Shown in pieces: positions 1 to 8,827 of a DNA stretch of 64,000 bases (position 1 is its first letter; every line of letters begins with the position of its first letter). The notes under the pieces are model-generated. The model was not told where the DNA came from, did no database searches, and was given only the letters and a program-made list of their open reading frames with translations. This DNA comes from Minisyncoccota bacterium (GTDB lineage Bacteria; Patescibacteriota; Minisyncoccia; Phycocordibacterales; CAJBRS01). The translations under genes and the position numbers were made by a program. The stretch lies in contig DASRDX010000009.1 of the NCBI GenBank assembly GCA_035652395.1, forward strand, positions 355,739 through 419,738, given 5' to 3'.

Positions 1-2
1 AT

Positions 3-1688
3 GCCGCCGGCGTGGTGATCTCCCCTATTCCTTTAACGGAAATTGTGCCACTTCAATATGACCCAAAAAGCACCGGCGAAAATGAGACCAGCAAGATCAT
101 TACTCAATATGACATGCACTCAGTGGACGAGAATAATGCCGGCCTTTTGAAGTTTGATTTTCTAGGGATTCGGAACTTGGCAATTCTCGCCGACGCCGTG
201 AGACTGGTTAAAGCTATTGAAGGAATCGAAGTTGATATTGAAAACGTCACTCTGGACGATAAAAAAACTTTTGAACTTTTGGCTAAGGGAGAGACGGTTG
301 GACTCTTTCAATTAAATGGAGCTGGCATGACTCGTTACTTAAAAGAGTTGAAACCTTCCACTATTCACGACATCAATGCCATGGTGGCTTTATATCGCCC
401 TGGACCGATGGAAGTAATTCCCGAATATATTCGCCGCAAGAATAGTCCTCGCCTGATTTCCTATCCCGATCCACGCATGAAAAAATATCTGGAAGAATCT
501 TATGGATTAATTGTTTATCAGGACGACCTTCTCTTTAGCGCCATCGAGCTCGCCGGCTACTCGTGGCTCGAGGCCGACAAATTTCGTAAAGCGGTAGGTA
601 AAAAGATTCCGAAGGAAATGGCTGCCCAGAAAGAAAAGCTGATTGAAGGTATTATTAAGAATGGTCAGACAAAGGAATTCGCCGAGAAATTATGGAAGCT
701 TTTTGAACCGTTTCAAGCTTATGGCTTTAACAAGGCTCATGCCGCAAGCTACGGCAAAGTGGCTTACCAGACTGCCTACATGAAGGCTAACTTCCCGTGT
801 ATTTATATGGCAGCGGTACTAACGGCTGAATCCGGCGACGTAGAGAAAATTGCGGAAATTATCAATGAATGCAAACGTATGGGCATTCCAGTGCTGCCGC
901 CGGATATTAACGAAAGCTTTGAAGATTTCACGGTGGTTAAGAAAGGCACTGACGGGGCCGAGTGTGACAAAATTCGTTTCGGATTGACCTGTATTAAAAA
1001 TTTTGGAGCCGGAATCGCTGCCACCATTATTAAAGAGAGAAAAGAAAACGGTAAGTTTAAATCATTGGAAGATTTTCTGAATCGAATCGTTGATCGCAAT
1101 CTAAATAAGAAGTCGCTGGAAGCTTTGATCAAAGCCGGAGCGATGGATCAGTTTGGCGATCGCGGATGTTTGCTGGCAAACATTGAAGATATTTTAGAGT
1201 ACAACAAAGAAAAGAATCGGGCACCGGCCGGCCAGGATTCCTTGTTCGGATCCTTTGCTGAAACGGTGGCTCTGCCGGCGCTTCGCTTGCGCGAAGCGCC
1301 TCCAGCCACGCCGGCCGAGAAGCTCCTCTGGGAAAAGGAGCTTCTCGGGCTATATGTAAGCGGGCATCCTTTAGACAAACATCGCGAGCGCTTGGAGAAG
1401 AAACAAACCAATATCACTAAGGTTAAGGCTGAACTAAAAGAAGGAATGCTGGCTGTCATTGAGGGAATCGTAGAAGAAGCTAAACAGATCCGCACTAAGA
1501 ATGGTTCGCCAATGTATTTTTTGAAGATTGCGGATTATAGCGGCAACATGGAAGTGGTAGTCTTTCCAAAAGTAACTGAAAAATACAGCTCCATCATCGC
1601 TCCGGAAAAATGTTTAGCTGTTAAAGGGCGTCTCTCCGGCCGCAACGGTGAGACTAGTATGGTGGCAGAAGCAATTAAGGAAATTTAA
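3..1688 (+). CDS. dnaE: DNA polymerase III alpha subunit, C-terminal portion. The 5' end lies outside the window.
   Basis: Reading frame is open from the window start. The translation (GLFQLNGAGMTRYL..., AMVALYRPGPME, OB-fold-like C-terminus) matches the DnaE C-terminal region. Confidence 0.85.
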   Translation, partial: AAGVVISPIPLTEIVPLQYDPKSTGENETSKIITQYDMHSVDENNAGLLKFDFLGIRNLAILADAVRLVKAIEGIEVDIENVTLDDKKTFELLAKGETVGLFQLNGAGMTRYLKELKPSTIHDINAMVALYRPGPMEVIPEYIRRKNSPRLISYPDPRMKKYLEESYGLIVYQDDLLFSAIELAGYSWLEADKFRKAVGKKIPKEMAAQKEKLIEGIIKNGQTKEFAEKLWKLFEPFQAYGFNKAHAASYGKVAYQTAYMKANFPCIYMAAVLTAESGDVEKIAEIINECKRMGIPVLPPDINESFEDFTVVKKGTDGAECDKIRFGLTCIKNFGAGIAATIIKERKENGKFKSLEDFLNRIVDRNLNKKSLEALIKAGAMDQFGDRGCLLANIEDILEYNKEKNRAPAGQDSLFGSFAETVALPALRLREAPPATPAEKLLWEKELLGLYVSGHPLDKHRERLEKKQTNITKVKAELKEGMLAVIEGIVEEAKQIRTKNGSPMYFLKIADYSGNMEVVVFPKVTEKYSSIIAPEKCLAVKGRLSGRNGETSMVAEAIKEI

Positions 1689-1718
1689 ATAAAAAGCCGT
1701 TTTAGCGGCTCATTCCAA

Positions 1719-2114
1719 TTACATATATGGCATGTAAACGTGGCGACGAAAATTCTTTCGACGTCTTCCTTTATGACGAGGAAACGGAATTTTTAATAAA
1801 GCAACCTTCTTCTCCAGTCGTTCGGTGTCAAGATACTCAACCATTGGTTTAAGCACTTCTCCCGGATTTCGATACTTATCCCAAGAGAGCGTTCTGCTTT
1901 CGCTCACTCTTCTTGAAAAAGAGTACACCGTATTCCCGCGTAAATCGATAAGAACATATTTAGAGTGATGACTGCGTCGAAAAATATGGATATCTTGCAG
2001 AATCAGTAATTCTGGATTTCCACCTTGATCGAGGAAGAGGCAATCTTTTCCATCATGAAGTTTTTCAAGTATATCGTGACGTTTTACGGCGCCCGCAAAG
2101 ACAGTAGTTTTCAT
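1719..2114 (-). CDS. Hypothetical protein with a strongly basic C-terminal tail.
   Basis: 131-aa ORF sits between dnaE and thrS. The C-terminus is FPRHKGRRRKNFRRH, suggesting nucleic-acid binding. No motif was recognised with confidence. Confidence 0.35.
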   Translation of the reverse strand: MKTTVFAGAVKRHDILEKLHDGKDCLFLDQGGNPELLILQDIHIFRRSHHSKYVLIDLRGNTVYSFSRRVSESRTLSWDKYRNPGEVLKPMVEYLDTERLEKKVALLKIPFPRHKGRRRKNFRRHVYMPYM

Positions 2115-2180
2115 CTAAATTGAAATTAGCACGGTCCTTTTGGGAAAGCAATTTTTAATAAAGTATGAACATGATAAGAT

Positions 2181-3935
2181 TTGCGTATGGAAAATAATGA
2201 GCAATTGTCTAAAATCAGGCATTCACTAGCCCATCTTCTGGCGGCGGCGGTTTTAGAATTGCACCCTGACACCCTGAATACTATTGGACCGGCCATTGAG
2301 AATGGTTTCTATTATGATTTTGATTTTGTCTCCTCTATTTTGGAGGCGGATTTGAAAAAGATTGAGAAGAAGATGAGAGAAATTTTTCCGACTTGGAAAA
2401 ATTTCTCTCACAAGGAAGTTGGCGCGGGCGAAGCCCGCGCTCTCTTTGCCGACAACCCCTACAAGTTGGAATTAATAGATGAGATCGAAAAGAAAGGCGA
2501 GAAAATCACTCTCTATACTTCCGGAAATTTCACTGATCTCTGTCGCGGCGGACACGTGGAAGATATACAAGATATTAATCCGAATGGATTCGAGCTTTCC
2601 CATTTGGCCGGCGCTTACTGGCGAGGTGATGAGAAAAACAAAATGCTGACGCGAATTTATGGTCTGGCTTTCAATAACAAAGACGAACTCGATAACTACA
2701 AAAAGCAACAGGAAGAAGCGGAAAAACGTGATCACCGAAAACTAGGCAAGGAATTAAAGATTTTCACTTTTGATGAAGATGTGGGTCCAGGTCTGCCCCT
2801 CTGGCTGCCGAACGGCGCCGTGATGATTGAAGAACTTGAGAAACTCGCTAAGGAGACTGAATTTCAGGAAGGCTACAGCCGAGTTCGCTCCCCTCACATT
2901 GCCAAAGAGTCAATCTATTTAAAGAGCGGTCATCTTCCCTATTACGAAGAAAGTATGTTCCCGCCAATGGAATATGAGGGCGGCAATTATTATTTGAAAG
3001 CTATGAATTGTCCGCATCATCACAAGATTTATGCCGCTCTTCGCCCCAGCTATCGTGATTTACCGCTTCGATTGGCTGAATATGGCACTTGCTATCGCCA
3101 TGAAAAATCCGGCGAGCTTTTTGGTTTAATGCGGGTAAGGTCGCTCCAAATGAATGATGCTCACATTTATTGCACTAAAGAGCAATTCGCTGATGAGTTT
3201 CGTCGAGTTAATGATATTTATTTGAAATATTTTAAGATTTTTGGGGTGGATAAATACCAAATGCGATTATCTACTCACGATCCGGAAAAGTTGGGACAGA
3301 AATTTGTAGATGAACCGGAGCTCTGGGAAGAAACGGAAAAAATGGTGCGAGATGTTTTGGTGGAATCGAAGATTCCCTTTGTGGAAGTCCCGAACGAAGC
3401 AGCATTTTACGGACCCAAAATTGATGTGCAGGTTTGGAGCGCCATTGGCCGCGAGTTTACTTTGGCTACCAATCAGGTGGATTTTGCCCAGCCTCGACGG
3501 TTTGATCTAACTTACGTTAATAAGAACGGCAAGGAAGAAACTCCTCTCTGCATTCATCGAGCCCCTCTCGGCACGCACGAGAGATTCATCGGCTTTCTGA
3601 TAGAACATTACGCCGGCGCCTTTCCACTTTGGCTTTCTCCAATCCAAGTGAAAATTCTACCTATTGGCGAGGATCATCTTGGTTACTCAAAAGAACTTTT
3701 TAAAGAATTGCATCAGGCTGGTATTCGAGCCCAAACGGATGAAAGTAATGAAAGTCTGGGCAAAAAGATTAGACAAACTAAAGTTGAGAAAGTTCCATAC
3801 TTTTTAGTTATTGGTGATAAGGAAGTGGAATCGCAGACGGTGACTTTAGAAAGCCGCGACAATGGCAATCAGGGATCAGTATCGTTAGCCGATCTCCTGA
3901 AGAGATTAGAAGAAGAGATTAAGACAAGAAAATAG
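2181..3935 (+). CDS. thrS: Threonine--tRNA ligase (class II).
   Basis: Class II aaRS motifs are present: HRKLGKEL, MNCPHHHKIY, RVRSLQMNDAHIYC. Length is 584 aa. Confidence 0.9.
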   Translation: MRMENNEQLSKIRHSLAHLLAAAVLELHPDTLNTIGPAIENGFYYDFDFVSSILEADLKKIEKKMREIFPTWKNFSHKEVGAGEARALFADNPYKLELIDEIEKKGEKITLYTSGNFTDLCRGGHVEDIQDINPNGFELSHLAGAYWRGDEKNKMLTRIYGLAFNNKDELDNYKKQQEEAEKRDHRKLGKELKIFTFDEDVGPGLPLWLPNGAVMIEELEKLAKETEFQEGYSRVRSPHIAKESIYLKSGHLPYYEESMFPPMEYEGGNYYLKAMNCPHHHKIYAALRPSYRDLPLRLAEYGTCYRHEKSGELFGLMRVRSLQMNDAHIYCTKEQFADEFRRVNDIYLKYFKIFGVDKYQMRLSTHDPEKLGQKFVDEPELWEETEKMVRDVLVESKIPFVEVPNEAAFYGPKIDVQVWSAIGREFTLATNQVDFAQPRRFDLTYVNKNGKEETPLCIHRAPLGTHERFIGFLIEHYAGAFPLWLSPIQVKILPIGEDHLGYSKELFKELHQAGIRAQTDESNESLGKKIRQTKVEKVPYFLVIGDKEVESQTVTLESRDNGNQGSVSLADLLKRLEEEIKTRK

Positions 3936-3942
3936 CCAAAAG

Positions 3943-3970
3943 AAAAAGGCTCGCAAAGCGAGCCTTTTTC
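3943..3970. terminator. Bidirectional intrinsic terminator hairpin between thrS and the convergent surface-protein gene.
   Basis: aaaaaggctcgc-aaa-gcgagccttttt. The perfect stem is flanked by an A-run and a T-run. Confidence 0.55.
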
Positions 3971-3992
3971 TTTTTATCTTGTAATCGTTTTC

Positions 3993-5354
3993 TTAAGCTA
4001 GTAATTTTTCAATTTTCTCTGAGTTAAGAGTGGCGTAATTGCCATCATTTCGAGAAACTTTACTGATCAAGGTGTTAAGCATTGATTCAGCGGCGCTCTT
4101 ATCAGTTCCGGTTCGAGCCATAATATTGGTCAAACCATCGCGAGAGATAAGGACATTGTTTTCTCGAGCCATGAAGGAAAGACTGTTTTCAAACTCTTCG
4201 GCGGTCACCTCTTCCTGAACTGGAGTATCAATTTCCGCCTCCGGAGTTTCCACTTCCGTATCAGAATCGAGACCCATTTCTGAAGTACTGATTCCGACGG
4301 CTGCTAAAGCTCCAACTTTTCGCTTCTGAATGATCATGTAGGCACCGAAGGCGCTCCACATGAAGAGTCCGAGGAAGAAGAGAGCCATCTTAAGATTCAT
4401 GCTGATGCCGGTAGCTGGAATTTGACTAAGGAAGACACCGGCGCTAGGCGTACCAGTAATCGGCTGCTGATAGACCGTAGTGAAAGCTGCCTGATTACCG
4501 TTTGGCTGAACATTGACTGAACAATTGGCAGTCACCTGTCGGCCATCTGAAGTTACGGTTACGTTTGCATTTCGAGTACCAGTGTTGTAGTAGGTATTTG
4601 AAACGCTTGGGCCGCTGCCGTAGACATCTCCGCTCCAAGAATATGAGTAGTTGCCATTTCCACCTGAAGCAATCGCTTGCCAAGTTACCGTGTTTCCAAC
4701 TAATGGGTTGGAAGGGTTAGCCGTACAATAAGCAGTTAAATTCTGGTTCTGATTATTGTTGCCCGCTGGAGTGTTAATAATAATAGTGTTCGTATTGTTG
4801 TTCACTGCAGTGGCAGTGGCACTTGAACTAGAGGTAGAATTTGAGTTGGAGAAATTATTATTAGCGTTTGTGTTTACGTTAGTAACCGGGGTGCTAGAAG
4901 GCGGATGATATGTCTGGGTTGGGGTGTAAGTTGGGTAAGAATAGTTTGGATATGAGTAACAGCTTCCACAGCCGTATGATCCATAACTGGAACCGCCGTA
5001 ATTTCCATAACTACCACAGCTATAATCACATGGGTTGTAAACATCATAAGTATCATATCCACAGTTATAGCTACAGTCTTGATATACATCTAGAGTGTCG
5101 CATCCGCCGTAGGAACAAGGATCATATGCATCGACATAACCAGTGTTATCAGCAGAGCCCCAGCCGGAGTCTACCCATCCCATATCACCACTAAAATTGT
5201 CTCCACCGTCAAAAGCCCAGCCTGAGTCATTCCATTCTTGAGCCGAAACCTTATGAGCCATGCCTAAGAAACCGACCATAAAGAGTCCTCCGACAATAAC
5301 CAAAATGGCCAAAATAGCCTTGGTTTTCTTGCTTAATTTAATTAATTTATTCAT
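3993..5354 (-). CDS. Type I membrane surface protein. It has a signal peptide, a Cys/Tyr/Gly-rich low-complexity region, an Asn/Ser-rich linker, a PKD-like Ig domain, a TM helix and a 110-aa cytoplasmic tail.
   Basis: N-terminal signal/TM KAILAILVIVGGLFMVGFLGMAHKVSA. Region CSYGGCDTLDVYQDCSYNCGYDTYDVYNPCDYSCGSYGNYGG. PKD-like motif YSYSWSGDVYG with NANVTVTSDGRQVTANCSVNV. TM helix ALFFLGLFMWSAFGAYMII. Confidence 0.55.
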   Translation of the reverse strand: MNKLIKLSKKTKAILAILVIVGGLFMVGFLGMAHKVSAQEWNDSGWAFDGGDNFSGDMGWVDSGWGSADNTGYVDAYDPCSYGGCDTLDVYQDCSYNCGYDTYDVYNPCDYSCGSYGNYGGSSYGSYGCGSCYSYPNYSYPTYTPTQTYHPPSSTPVTNVNTNANNNFSNSNSTSSSSATATAVNNNTNTIIINTPAGNNNQNQNLTAYCTANPSNPLVGNTVTWQAIASGGNGNYSYSWSGDVYGSGPSVSNTYYNTGTRNANVTVTSDGRQVTANCSVNVQPNGNQAAFTTVYQQPITGTPSAGVFLSQIPATGISMNLKMALFFLGLFMWSAFGAYMIIQKRKVGALAAVGISTSEMGLDSDTEVETPEAEIDTPVQEEVTAEEFENSLSFMARENNVLISRDGLTNIMARTGTDKSAAESMLNTLISKVSRNDGNYATLNSEKIEKLLA

Positions 5355-5440
5355 AATTTTTTATAACTAATTGTTAATAATTTCCATAAGTATACACCAA
5401 GCTGTACAATTTGTCAAGTCTGTTTTATTATAAAGAAGAT

Positions 5441-5466
5441 AGCGGACAACCCAAGGGTTGTCCGCT
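5441..5466 (-). terminator. Intrinsic terminator hairpin downstream of the 5486..6379 gene.
   Basis: agcggacaacc-caa-gggttgtccgct, with a perfect 11-bp stem. Confidence 0.5.
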
Positions 5467-5485
5467 ATTAATTTTTCGACTTTCC

Positions 5486-6379
5486 CTACAATTGCTTGAA
5501 GTGAATGTCGTTGTCGGCCGCGTATTCTTCGACTTCCTCGGTAGGAATCAATTGATCCCTCTTTAAGAAAGGCAACCCGTAAAAGCGCCCGTCGGGACTT
5601 TGTTTGATTCGACCATGAGCCATCAGATCGAGAGTAATAGCGTCGGGGATCAGCTTGCCGTACTTGGCAATGTACCAATCCACCACCGCTTTTGTCTCCA
5701 GTTCTTTGGAGGTAACCCATTCATGATGGAGGGCCTTATTTTCTCTGGGCGGCTCCCCATCGTTACTGTAGGCCGGCGGTTTTCCCTTGCGGGAAAAGAG
5801 AGCCGACTTTGTCATCTTGATGGTATTCGTGGGCGAACTTGCGGGTGTCGGAGATATTTTCCCCTGAACGCCTGGTTTGTTCACTTCCGCCAGCTGCCGA
5901 TTTTTTTCGGCTAACTGCCGATCCTTTTCGTCGAGCTCCTTTTGGAGCCTAGCCGTTTCTTTCTGACGGTCCGTGAGAGCGTCCTGCACCACTTGTTCCC
6001 CTTCGGGGTCTTCTTCCGAAGTAATCCCTTCTGGAGGTGGAGCGTTGTTGTCGATATCATTCGCCAACGCAGGATTCGATGAGTTTTCTCCGCTTGTCTG
6101 CGCCGGATTATTTGGAGTCACCGCCGCGACTGGGGTTGAAGCCACTTTAGGAGTTGGTGTTGCCTGAAGTAACTTTTGATCCTCGGCGTTAGGAACGCCC
6201 GCTATTTGGACAGAGGAGGAAGAGCGAAGTCGGGTGAAGCAAAATAGTATTGCCACCACGATTACCAGCCGGGTTACCCATCTGATCCATCGCGGACTTC
6301 CCTTCATCCTGAGAGCATCGAAGAATCGTTGAAACCGATTTTCTTTGATCGGTTGAGGGCCTTGCAAAATTGAATTCAT
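5486..6379 (-). CDS. Membrane-anchored (N-in, single TM) coiled-coil protein of unknown function, in the GC-rich island.
   Basis: TM helix VTRLVIVVAILFCF. Pro/Ala/Thr-rich linker. Coiled-coil QKETARLQKELDEKDRQLAEKNRQLAE. Conserved-looking C-terminal domain. Local GC is about 55%. Confidence 0.5.
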   Translation of the reverse strand: MNSILQGPQPIKENRFQRFFDALRMKGSPRWIRWVTRLVIVVAILFCFTRLRSSSSVQIAGVPNAEDQKLLQATPTPKVASTPVAAVTPNNPAQTSGENSSNPALANDIDNNAPPPEGITSEEDPEGEQVVQDALTDRQKETARLQKELDEKDRQLAEKNRQLAEVNKPGVQGKISPTPASSPTNTIKMTKSALFSRKGKPPAYSNDGEPPRENKALHHEWVTSKELETKAVVDWYIAKYGKLIPDAITLDLMAHGRIKQSPDGRFYGLPFLKRDQLIPTEEVEEYAADNDIHFKQL

Positions 6380-6468
6380 AAAACTTTCCCCTTCTAGGTT
6401 TGGTGTTGTTGAGAGCTAACTGCGGTAAATATTAGCATAATTTATCTTAAAAGTCAAGGATAATAAAA

Positions 6469-6494
6469 ATGACCTGTGTTTTAGCACAGGTCAT
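6469..6494 (-). terminator. Intrinsic terminator hairpin downstream of the 6502..8163 gene.
   Basis: atgacctgtg-ttttag-cacaggtcat. Confidence 0.45.
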
Positions 6495-6501
6495 GAATGA
6501 G

Positions 6502-8163
6502 CTAGTTTCGAGCCCCCAAAAAATCCTTTATTTTTCTGAGCCGATTTGGAGGTTGAGCTCTTTGAGAGCTGTCCCTTCTTTCCCCTTTTGATTCTTCGGG
6601 CTCTTCAGCAATTTCGATTTGATGTTCAGGTGGCTTGAGAGCCGGTGGATTAACCGTAGGTTTTTGGCGTTTTTTGCGCCTACCGTAGGTAATCGGTGGG
6701 CTTTCGACCGATTCTTCCTTGATATCGACCACAAAACCGTGGTGATTTTTTTCAACCACATAAGTCTTGGTGGTTGATAAAGGTGACGGCACTTCGGCAA
6801 TTGGATCAAAGACTAGCTTGTTTCCAACAAAGATTCGCCCCACCTCATCCTCTCGAACTTTTGGAGGTTCGGGGCGATGCTGGACAAATTGGGCGTCCAA
6901 GATCTTGGTTGGGGAAATGTTCGGATAAAAGACCTCGACCAAGACTTCCGAAATGGTTAGTCGGTCAGGATATCTCTCCAGAACTTTTTTCGCCCCTTTT
7001 CGGAATGAATGTTTCAATTCTTCCCGAAGAGCTTGGCGCTCATCATAGGATAGAACTCTTTCCCTTCGGACAACTGTCTTCGCAAGTTCTTCTTCAACAA
7101 TGTGGTCGAGGACTCGACCCACCAAGTTGCGAAATTCCGAAAAGGTCAGAGCGGCTGGAACGGTAGTTCTCAACCGAATTCCCCGTGTCTCAGTATTTAC
7201 TAAAACCCAAGGACATCGCCCGAGGTTGATCTGCCGTTGCTTTAATTTTTCCTGCCATTCCGCTGACGGATTGGCCGGGGCGGCAAACAGACCGGAAACA
7301 TCCACTTGGAATTTCCGAATCTCCGGTTTTAGCCGTTCAAGTGTCCTTTCCGCTTCGGCAAGGTGAGCTTGACCAGTAGCCTCGTCACCTGTTCGAAGCA
7401 TTTCAATGCCCCGAATATAGGTTTCGATCATCGGCTTCGTCAGTTCCTCAATTTCAGGTATACACCCGAGGGAGCTGGTATCAATGCCATTCCCATCGGC
7501 ATCGGCCGCTAACCCCGCGGTCGAGCCGGTAATGCCTGTAACAGTGGATCCCCTGCGGATGCCGTCGGTTGGACCCGTGAAGTAAACCTGCCCGTGCAAT
7601 ACCAGATGACCGGAAGTGGCTGTAATGTTGAGAAGAAGATCTGAAGGGATCCGGCCCGTATTAGTAGCCGTATCGCCCTCAACCATGGGATTAACAAACG
7701 AAACTTGACGAAGGCCATAGCCGGTCAATTTTGTATGCGCTCCTGTTTGAGGGTTTGCTTCCTCAAAGGCACGCTTTGCCGTATCCCTGATTCGATCAAC
7801 ACTGTGGCGGTTGCTGTAGTACTGACTGTGAGTGTCGACCTCAATTACTGGAGTTGGGGCTTGATCCTTCGGTGCCTCAAGCGGCGGAGCGGCAATGTTT
7901 GGGGCATGACCGTTTCCCTGATCGCTGGAAGCGGTGTAAGAAGCCCATTCAATTGCAGTTTTGGTGATGAATGGATGACTTAATGCCATTTGAAGTGGCA
8001 TCTCGTTCGCCTCCGACCATTTCACCATTACAGAACGGAATGTCTGCCGAAGCATGGTGCCTTTTCCGTTAACTGGCATTGGCACTGCTTTGCCATTCCA
8101 GGTTGCGGTCTTTAATTCGGTGTAGGTAAGATTGGCTAAAGTAGTTATTTTGTCTATGTTCAT
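6502..8163 (-). CDS. Large hypothetical protein (553 aa) with no recognised domain, in the GC-rich island.
   Basis: Long intact ORF at about 58-62% local GC with its own downstream terminator. Composition is Arg/Ala/Gly/Pro-rich. No catalytic motif was identified by eye. Confidence 0.5.
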   Translation of the reverse strand: MNIDKITTLANLTYTELKTATWNGKAVPMPVNGKGTMLRQTFRSVMVKWSEANEMPLQMALSHPFITKTAIEWASYTASSDQGNGHAPNIAAPPLEAPKDQAPTPVIEVDTHSQYYSNRHSVDRIRDTAKRAFEEANPQTGAHTKLTGYGLRQVSFVNPMVEGDTATNTGRIPSDLLLNITATSGHLVLHGQVYFTGPTDGIRRGSTVTGITGSTAGLAADADGNGIDTSSLGCIPEIEELTKPMIETYIRGIEMLRTGDEATGQAHLAEAERTLERLKPEIRKFQVDVSGLFAAPANPSAEWQEKLKQRQINLGRCPWVLVNTETRGIRLRTTVPAALTFSEFRNLVGRVLDHIVEEELAKTVVRRERVLSYDERQALREELKHSFRKGAKKVLERYPDRLTISEVLVEVFYPNISPTKILDAQFVQHRPEPPKVREDEVGRIFVGNKLVFDPIAEVPSPLSTTKTYVVEKNHHGFVVDIKEESVESPPITYGRRKKRQKPTVNPPALKPPEHQIEIAEEPEESKGERRDSSQRAQPPNRLRKIKDFLGARN

Positions 8164-8221
8164 TCGATTCCTTTTCTAATCGCTTTTTATCACTTTTTAT
8201 TAAAATGTCAATCAAAATAAA

Positions 8222-8249
8222 AAGATTCTCGTTTTAAAACGAGAATCTT
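8222..8249 (-). terminator. Palindromic terminator downstream of the bactofilin gene.
   Basis: aagattctcgtttt/aaaacgagaatctt, a perfect 14-bp palindrome. Confidence 0.45.
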
Positions 8250-8260
8250 GAAATTGGGAG

Positions 8261-8671
8261 CTAGGGAGTTGCCGCGGAGGCTGGGGCACTCGAAGACTGA
8301 GCAGTACTGGCCCCAGGTTTTGGTCCCTCTGGCTTTTGACTCGCCTGGATAAGCTTGCCAGTAAGTTGAGCCGTGGGAGACGTCGCGATGATTCTTTCGT
8401 AATTAACGTCTCCAGTAACCCTGGCATTTGGACCGAAGCCGACTGTCTTGGCGGTGACGACGGCATTAACTTCACCGTCAATCTGAACGTCCGGGGCGAT
8501 AATTTCGCCTTTGACGTGGGCATCTTTGGTAATCTCGAGCTGACAGCCGTTTTTACTTATGAGCTGGCCTTCCAAGATGCCTGCGAAGATCAATTTTTTA
8601 GAAAAGGTGATGATTCCTTTGATTTCCGTGCCTTTTTGGATGACATTGTCACCATTCGTATTTCCATTCAT
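8261..8671 (-). CDS. Bactofilin (polymer-forming cytoskeletal protein, DUF583 beta-helix) with an Ala/Ser/Pro-rich C-terminal tail.
   Basis: Matches the bactofilin repeat pattern: KGTEIKGIITFSKKLIFAGILEGQLIS...VKGEIIAPDVQIDGEVNAVVTAKTVGFGPNARVTGDVNYERIIATSPTAQLTGKL. Confidence 0.7.
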   Translation of the reverse strand: MNGNTNGDNVIQKGTEIKGIITFSKKLIFAGILEGQLISKNGCQLEITKDAHVKGEIIAPDVQIDGEVNAVVTAKTVGFGPNARVTGDVNYERIIATSPTAQLTGKLIQASQKPEGPKPGASTAQSSSAPASAATP

Positions 8672-8780
8672 ATGTTTCCTTTGGTTTGATTTTGATTGGA
8701 AAGCCTGTATAGAACTTCCAAGTCCTTATTATCACAAGATTTAGAAAAGTCAAATATATAATCCCGTCTAAAATAAAAAT

Positions 8781-8806
8781 GGCCAATTAGCTAGAGCTAA
8801 TTGGCC
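8781..8806 (-). terminator. Intrinsic terminator hairpin downstream of the 8828..9511 gene.
   Basis: ggccaattagc-taga-gctaattggcc, followed on the minus strand by a T-rich run. Confidence 0.5.
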
Positions 8807-8827
8807 AGTGAGATCAACGCTTTTCGA

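Noticed and set aside
4874-5194. His/Tyr-rich small ORFs on both strands inside the 3993..5354 gene
   Set aside because: They are antisense or alternate-frame readings of the Cys/Tyr/Gly low-complexity coding region.
8336-8689. 117-aa plus-strand ORF overlapping the bactofilin gene
   Set aside because: It is antisense to a gene with a clear family-specific repeat pattern, so it is spurious.
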